NCBI GenBank assembly: GCA_002245135.1
Contig: NGBS01001214.1
Location: 1-46,782, forward strand
DNA: 46,782 nt
Direction of reading: 5' to 3'
Source: Proteromonas lacertae
Lineage: Eukaryota
Shown here one piece after another: positions 40,630 through 46,782 of the stretch (the stretch's first letter is position 1; each line of letters begins with the position of its first letter). A program made the translations under genes and the position numbers. The notes beneath the pieces were generated by a model. That model was not told the origin of the DNA. It worked only from the letters and a program-made list of their open reading frames with translations, and made no database searches.

Positions 40630-40742
40630 CGTAAAATCAAGAATTAAAATAATGTAACGAAATGCAAATGATTATTTTTCGTTCACCGATTTTATTTTCT
40701 TACCCCCAATTTTTTAATTTTTCAAAAGAACACATATAATAG

Positions 40743-43454
40743 CTATATTAGATCAACATTAGATATATATTGTACTATTGTAGGATCTGTTCTCTTCATA
40801 TGCAAAGGGTTTACATCATCATATCCATAAGGCACTGTTATATAGTTATTAATGAAATATCTCTTATCATCGAAGGATGTAAGACCTATCTTATTCTCTT
40901 TGACTGTATATAACTCATGTTTGAAGCTTCTAATATGATATATTTCAAAGCTCTTTGAATTTGCCTTACCATCCAACATACTATCGAATAACTTTAGATC
41001 TAATGATTTTGCTAAACTTGTAATAAGTCCTTTACATCTCTGAATTGTTTTACTTTTATCTTTAACTATATCTTCTTTTATATATAGATAACACTTTGAT
41101 TTAAGACCTCTAAACTTACTAATATAACAAAGATGATCAGAGCCTTGTTCTTCAAACTTTAACTTATTCAAACAACAAGGATTAATATTTTTACACTTCA
41201 TTGGTACATCTTCTAACTCTGGTAAATTCAAATTAGATCCATCTAACCATTCATCTAGATCTGGATACTTTGGTATATTTCTATAGAAGTTTTCATTGTT
41301 ATTTGTCTCTACATAGAACAATAATGAATCAGTGTCTGTCATACATAAATAACTATTAGGAAAGTTCTTCTTTATATAATCATACCAGAATGACATCATC
41401 ATTAACTTGGATAATGAGAGTATAGCTGTTCCTATATGTAAAGGTTTGTCTATCATAAACTCCATATTGTAGAAATGTATTAAAGTCATCTTATCTTCAA
41501 TTGTATCATTACCTATATTCACAAACTCTTTAAATTGTGGTTGACTAGCATATTTAACTATATCATCTGCTGTAACAGCTATCTTAGTGGATGAACGATT
41601 CTCTACTCTCTCGCACATCTTACCATATAAAGAATTCATCATTTTCTTCATTGTATTAGACTTACTTGTTTGTCCATTCTTTTTAGCTTCAAATCTTAAG
41701 TCTTTGATTGACTCTATATAACCAGACATATGTGCCACTTCATCAAACTCTAGTATTCTATATACTTTATCGATACATAGACCATGACTAACAGCAAAGA
41801 GAAAATGTTGATAATGCATCTTATATCTATGTTTGGGAGTTAAATCATTAATTAGTTTCTTAGTTTAATAATACTTACCGTTATGAATAAGACCTAGTTT
41901 TAATCCTCTTATTATTTGTATTTCTGACAAATCACTTACATCTATTGCTTTACGTTCAGGTAATATAGGATAATCCCAATAGTATTTACCTATCTCCATA
42001 GGATAATGACAATCTACTTCTATATAATATCCTTTTGTTACTTCATGTAAGTTCTGTTCAGAATATGGTTTCATCTTAAGTATATTTCTATACACTTCAT
42101 TTTTATTTGCATCTTCAATCCATCTATAGTTTCCAATAGGCAATTTACAAGCACTCATTACACTAGGATAAAGACTATTGTAATCTAAGTATAGTAAATA
42201 ACTGGTAGGTTTTGTAGGATCATAGTTAGAACAGTATTCATTATTAGCATCTGCCTTTCTTAGATTAATATAACTAAGACCACCATACAATGCATCTACA
42301 AAGTAATCATACATTTCTTCATCAGATAGTAACTCTATTTCTTGTTTACTACTTTTAAGATAAGCTTCCAAGGTTAGAGCAGGTAAAGATATATACCAAC
42401 AAGGATCCAATCTAAAATGATCAAATATAATGTTTCTAAAATCATCAAATACTGAAGCTAATGCACATACATCTACTTTTAAATAAAATAGATTATAAGC
42501 TCTAATTGTTTCAAATTGAAAATGTTCTTGTACTTCTTTAACAAATGTATACTCTTCTTCTTATATTGATGAATTACTTAACTTGCTATTAAATGCTTCA
42601 GGTGGTAAACTTTCTACTCTTTCTTCAAACTTCTTTAAATCATCCATATACTCATACGGAAAATAATTCTTCTGTAATAAGTACTTATCAATAACCTCTT
42701 CATCTACATCATTAAATTCATTATATATGTATTTGAATAGTAAATGTTTATTATTATTCTTCAATGCTGTCTTCTGAAGATCCATTGTTAGGTTTCTGAG
42801 ATTACCACTTAAGAAATTTAATGAATCAATAAAATGAAACTGTTCTATCTTTACTTCTTTATATCCTTCATCATTGTTTGGTATAATTTGTATTTCTTCA
42901 TTTCTTTCTTTAGCATACTTTGTCAACTTACGCATAATCAAATGTTGATCATACTTTACAGCATTATGAGCTATTGCACATACAGGTATATAATTTAAAT
43001 CCACATTTAGATTACATTTATTACACAATGATCCAATATACTCACCTGTGAAATGATTGTGATGTAAAGTCTTCTTCAAATTAACATTACTATTGGTTTT
43101 ATCAAATTCAACACCACAGAAATCACAATGTGTTTTGTTATTATGAATTCTTGTACATTCTGGATCATCATTATATCTAACTGGATTTCTTCTTTTCTCT
43201 TCAATTATATTTTGACAATCTTCATATAACAACATTAAATCAGATACATATCTATTATCCACATCTGGTATCTTACTATCAACTAGAATTCCATAAGAGT
43301 ATAACTTATGTTGGAACTGTTTACTTTCTTCAGTCTTTGACGGATTTGGATTATTAAAACGATCTATTTCATAATGTTCGAAATAAGTTTCTGTATCATA
43401 ATACATTACAAATGGTAAATACTGTTGTTTTTTAACGCCTTTAAATTTCATCAT
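40743..43454 (-). pseudogene. Protein-primed family B DNA polymerase with EndoVII/HNH-like insert, two in-frame TAA stops
   Basis: One frame of about 900 codons: ExoI YYDTET, CxxC...HNHFTG...CNKCN, ExoII HNAVKYD, ExoIII YLKVD, YLDYNSLYPS, KKMMNSLYGK, MTDTDS, KSKCY, DDKRY. Stops at 42561-42563 and 41865-41867. Confidence 0.95.
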
Positions 43455-43489
43455 ACATTCATCTTTACCTTTCCTTGGAAATATTCTAA

Positions 43490-44194
43490 ATGGTCTTTAT
43501 TACAGAACCTCAAGGAGATGACAATGAAGTAATTCAACCAGCCAAGAAGCAGAAAAGAAATAATGGTGGTGTTAAAAGAGCTTCAAGAAAGAAGTCAGAT
43601 TTTAAAAATCCTGGTGAAATTGAACAATGGAAATTCGACCATTCAAAAGATAGAACATACAGAAAGTTACAATTAGATAAGATTTTCAAGATAGAAATGG
43701 TTGGTAATATTTATGGTGTTTCAACATTTGATAAAGGAAACCACTTCACTTTAAAGATCGACAATACTGTAATTAGTAGTGTGACATATAAAGAAGACAA
43801 ATCAAGACCAAGAAAGATTGCAATTAAAGATAGTGATGATGGTATTCCAGAATGGAAGAAGAAAGTTACTGAAGTTGTGGAAGAGTTTATTAATAAAGCA
43901 TTTCTCTTTGAACGTGATACAACAAAGATTAGAGTTGTTATATTTCCTTATAAAGAAAATGGAAAAGTATGTGTCAATTATAGTTGTGATGATAAAAGAC
44001 CAATATTATTATTAGAAGGATCTGATGTTAAACCACTTGTTTTAACCAAAGACTTTAATGTGCAAGATGAATTAGATCAGAAACAGATTAAAGTAACTAT
44101 TGCTCCAGATAATATTTGTTTAATTCCTAACAAACCAGGAGGTGAGTATGATGAAAATACTATAAATGTTTTGGTTAATATGAGAGTGATTTAA
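43490..44194 (+). CDS. Hypothetical protein (234 aa) with NLS-like basic tract, possibly 5'-truncated
   Basis: Open frame containing PAKKQKR...KRASRKK. It abuts the 5' end of the pPolB frame with no room for promoters. Confidence 0.65.
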   Translation: MVFITEPQGDDNEVIQPAKKQKRNNGGVKRASRKKSDFKNPGEIEQWKFDHSKDRTYRKLQLDKIFKIEMVGNIYGVSTFDKGNHFTLKIDNTVISSVTYKEDKSRPRKIAIKDSDDGIPEWKKKVTEVVEEFINKAFLFERDTTKIRVVIFPYKENGKVCVNYSCDDKRPILLLEGSDVKPLVLTKDFNVQDELDQKQIKVTIAPDNICLIPNKPGGEYDENTINVLVNMRVI

Positions 44195-44534
44195 AAGTAG
44201 AATATCTATTAATTAAAGAAAATATATATATTCCATTTTATAGAATTATATTATTTATAAACTTGTTTTTTATAGTATAAATCATAATATTATATAATAT
44301 ATATCTCAATTCTGTATTCTATAGTGTTTATCTTTTTGAGTTCAAGATTACTTCAATGTATACTTCTTCATTTATAGAAGCTCAATTCTATTTTGAGAAT
44401 GACTTTTGCATAATAGATTATCATTTTGGGACAATAGTATACTTTTCCTATTTAATCATTTTTGAAAAACTAGGGATATTCACTACTTTTGGAACACATT
44501 TTAATTCCTTCTTTCCTGTTTCTCTCTGTATCTA

Positions 44535-44568
<34 letters not shown>

Positions 44569-44933
44569 CCTTAAATAAGTTTCTTTTTTTATCCCAACAG
44601 GGTCGTGGTGATGATAGTTGTGTTGATTCTTCTATATAAATATAAAATAAATGTAATATCATAAAATAATATGTTTTACTTTATAAAATATTCTTTAAAA
44701 CGAATTTTCTAAAACGAAAATGCCAATGTAACGGCTATTTAACGAAAAAAAATAAAATTTAAATTTTTTTTTTTTGAAATGCCAACCGAAATGCAATTCA
44801 TCAGCCAATAAAATTAGAGAAATTTATAGAAATTCGTTACATTTTATAGTCATTTTTATAGATTCTTTAAATCATTATAAAGTATATAATCTATAATTTA
44901 TCTAATTTATCTAATTATTATAATTTATAGAAT

Positions 44934-45331
44934 ATGAACAGCAGCAGCAACAACAACAACGAATTTAGTAGACACCAGTTGAGAACGATAGATTCATTAT
45001 ATGTTATACCTTCATTAGATGAAGATAATAAGCGTTATCATTTAAGATTTATCATTGCTGAACATAGTTGTACAGTTACATGGATGATTATGTTACCTGG
45101 AGAGTTATATCAATTATCACAGGAATATGATATGAAAATTTATATCTTTTATAATACAAAGTGTATAAGAAATGTTGGTTGGAAAATAAGTTATTACCGC
45201 AAGATGGAAGATTAAATTTCTATTTGGAATTACCTACTGACACTATGCCAATACCTAATGTCTTTAGAGATGAAGTAAATAGCGATGAAATGGATTATGA
45301 GTGGTCTAAATCTCATTGTTTAAGAATTTAA
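44934..45331 (+). pseudogene. Hypothetical protein, probably frameshifted near 45200
   Basis: 93-aa ORF whose coding-like sequence continues in another frame (KDGRLNFYLELPTDTMPIPNVF...). Confidence 0.45.
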
Positions 45332-45512
45332 GAAACTATTGGCATTATGGATATTAATTAATAAGTAACATTGTTTTACTATATACTGATTACTCATTTT
45401 TGAATTTTCTAGAATATTCATTCATTAATAAACCAATAAAAATTCATGCACTTGCATTTTGCATTAACCAATAATCGTTCAGATGTTGGTATTTTGCATT
45501 TGAATATTAATT

Positions 45513-45917
45513 ATGTCATTTAATCCTCCTAAATATGTGCATTATATCTATCCTTATTATTATGAAGGTAAGATAATGCATGCTATTTATCAGCATATGC
45601 GTTTTAATAATCGTTGGATTATTGATATACCAGATTGTTGTAATGATGAATATATAGTTGGGAATTATTATGTGTTTATTAGAGTAGATTCAGATCCTGA
45701 TAGAAAAGAACCGTTTGTAGATTATCGAGTTCCTTTGCCTGGAGCTTTTGTTGAACATTGTATGGATATAGTAATGCCTCCAATAGCCACCAATATAACA
45801 GTTAGTACTTCTCTTGGAGAAAAATGGTGTAATGATCATGTTAGAAAAAAGCCTACACCAGAAGATATAAATCTCAAATTCTGGAATCATTTTGAAAATA
45901 GACATATATGTAAATAA
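45513..45917 (+). CDS. Hypothetical protein encoded within the right TIR (134 aa)
   Basis: Inverted copy of 38900-39304. Confidence 0.7.
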   Translation: MSFNPPKYVHYIYPYYYEGKIMHAIYQHMRFNNRWIIDIPDCCNDEYIVGNYYVFIRVDSDPDRKEPFVDYRVPLPGAFVEHCMDIVMPPIATNITVSTSLGEKWCNDHVRKKPTPEDINLKFWNHFENRHICK

Positions 45918-46355
45918 ATAATAATGATTTACTATATATACTGATTACGCATTTTTTGAATTTTTTGAGGGTGCGAGAAAATTATTTTTTAATTTGGGGG
46001 TGCGAAAAATTACAGCCAATCAGAAACGACTTCCGTTGAGTTTTCAGCCAATCAGCATTTTTGAAAACTAGGCGTTTCTGCGTCACAGGAGCCTAATAGT
46101 ACTATATATATGTAGGAGAAGATGCATGCATAACTACTACTGATTTATAAATATCTTTTAAATTCTGTGTTTTTTGTATGAGGATAAGAATAAATTGTGA
46201 TTTAAGTATACTAAACATACTAAAAACATCATAAATATCCCTAAAAAATAGTAAAATTGCATTTTCAATACTAAACAACAAACGCTAATCAAACTTTGAT
46301 TATCATAGAAACGAATATATTTTTGAATTAAAAAGATTTGAAATTGTTTTTAATC

Positions 46356-46782
46356 ATGAATCGACTTATTCATATAGATAGAATATTTATTAATAAATCT
46401 ATTAGGCCAGGATCAATAGTTTCAAGAAGTTTCAGCACTGAAACAAAGAAGAAAGACATTCGAATTTATAAAGGTGAAGGTGTGAGTCCTCTTGGATATA
46501 AAATGACTAAATTCTCAATAGAAAAGTTTTGCAACTTAGACAAATACAATGTGAAGTCTATAACCCCAGAACAGGTAATATCTGAAGATTGGGAAGCAAA
46601 TACTAAATTAATCGTATTTCCTGGTGGTAGAGATATGCCATACGTAGAAGCACTGAGTAATAATCAAGGTAAAAAAACAGGTGGTAATAAAAGAATTCGA
46701 AAGTTTGTAGAAGAAGGTGGTAGTTATTTTGGAATATGTGCTGGTGCCTATTATGGTACTGATCAAGTGCAATTCGATACAG
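46356..46782 (+). CDS. Biotin-protein ligase N-terminal (BPL_N, GATase-like) domain protein, runs off the window
   Basis: Manual translation: IRIYKGEGVS...LIVFPGGRDMPY...GNKRIRKFVEEGGSYFGICAGAYYG. The Arg/Ser-rich leader ending RSFST resembles an organellar targeting peptide. Confidence 0.88.
   Translation, partial: MNRLIHIDRIFINKSIRPGSIVSRSFSTETKKKDIRIYKGEGVSPLGYKMTKFSIEKFCNLDKYNVKSITPEQVISEDWEANTKLIVFPGGRDMPYVEALSNNQGKKTGGNKRIRKFVEEGGSYFGICAGAYYGTDQVQFDT

Larger units (their letters stand above)
38707..46110. mobile_element. Polinton/Maverick-related pPolB element, 7,404 bp, 701-bp TIRs, 6-bp TSD, no integrase or capsid genes recognised
   Basis: TIRs 38707-39407 and 45410-46110 begin TATATATAGTACTATTAGGCTCC. 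TGTAGG flanks both ends (38701-38706, 46111-46116). Internal pPolB gene. Confidence 0.93.

Noticed and set aside
44539..44563. (TA)n microsatellite inside the pPolB element
   Set aside because: Common in AT-rich DNA, with no evidence of function.
1..46782. Genome-wide alternative genetic code (TAR=Gln or TGA=Trp)
   Set aside because: Long Gln-rich ORFs use CAA with almost no internal TAA, Trp is normally TGG, and intact genes end in TAA or TAG. The same genes also carry frameshifts, so decay explains the stops better.

Overview
Very AT-rich nuclear DNA from a microbial eukaryote (short GT-AG introns of about 29-52 nt, a HYDIN remnant, a TTAGGG tract). It is almost entirely nested mobile and virus-derived sequence. 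The best-resolved structure is a 7,404-bp element (38707-46110) with 701-bp near-perfect terminal inverted repeats and a 6-bp target-site duplication (TGTAGG). It carries a protein-primed family B DNA polymerase with an EndoVII-like insert, has no recognisable integrase or capsid gene, and sits inside a host gene whose reading frame is restored at the empty site. Elsewhere are separate Polinton-like-virus fragments (penton-like gene, two adenain-like proteases, a coiled-coil protein, a second pPolB fragment) and Ginger-like integrases, one followed by a protease domain. Also present: two DD34E Tc1/IS630 elements, several hAT pieces including a complete non-autonomous copy with an 8-bp TSD, a CACTA/CMC-like transposase relic, a decayed internally deleted HYDIN, a frameshifted FkbM methyltransferase, a GC-richer zinc-ribbon island and the start of a BPL_N-domain gene. 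All family assignments come from motif recognition by eye, with no database searches. Some frameshifts could be assembly errors.
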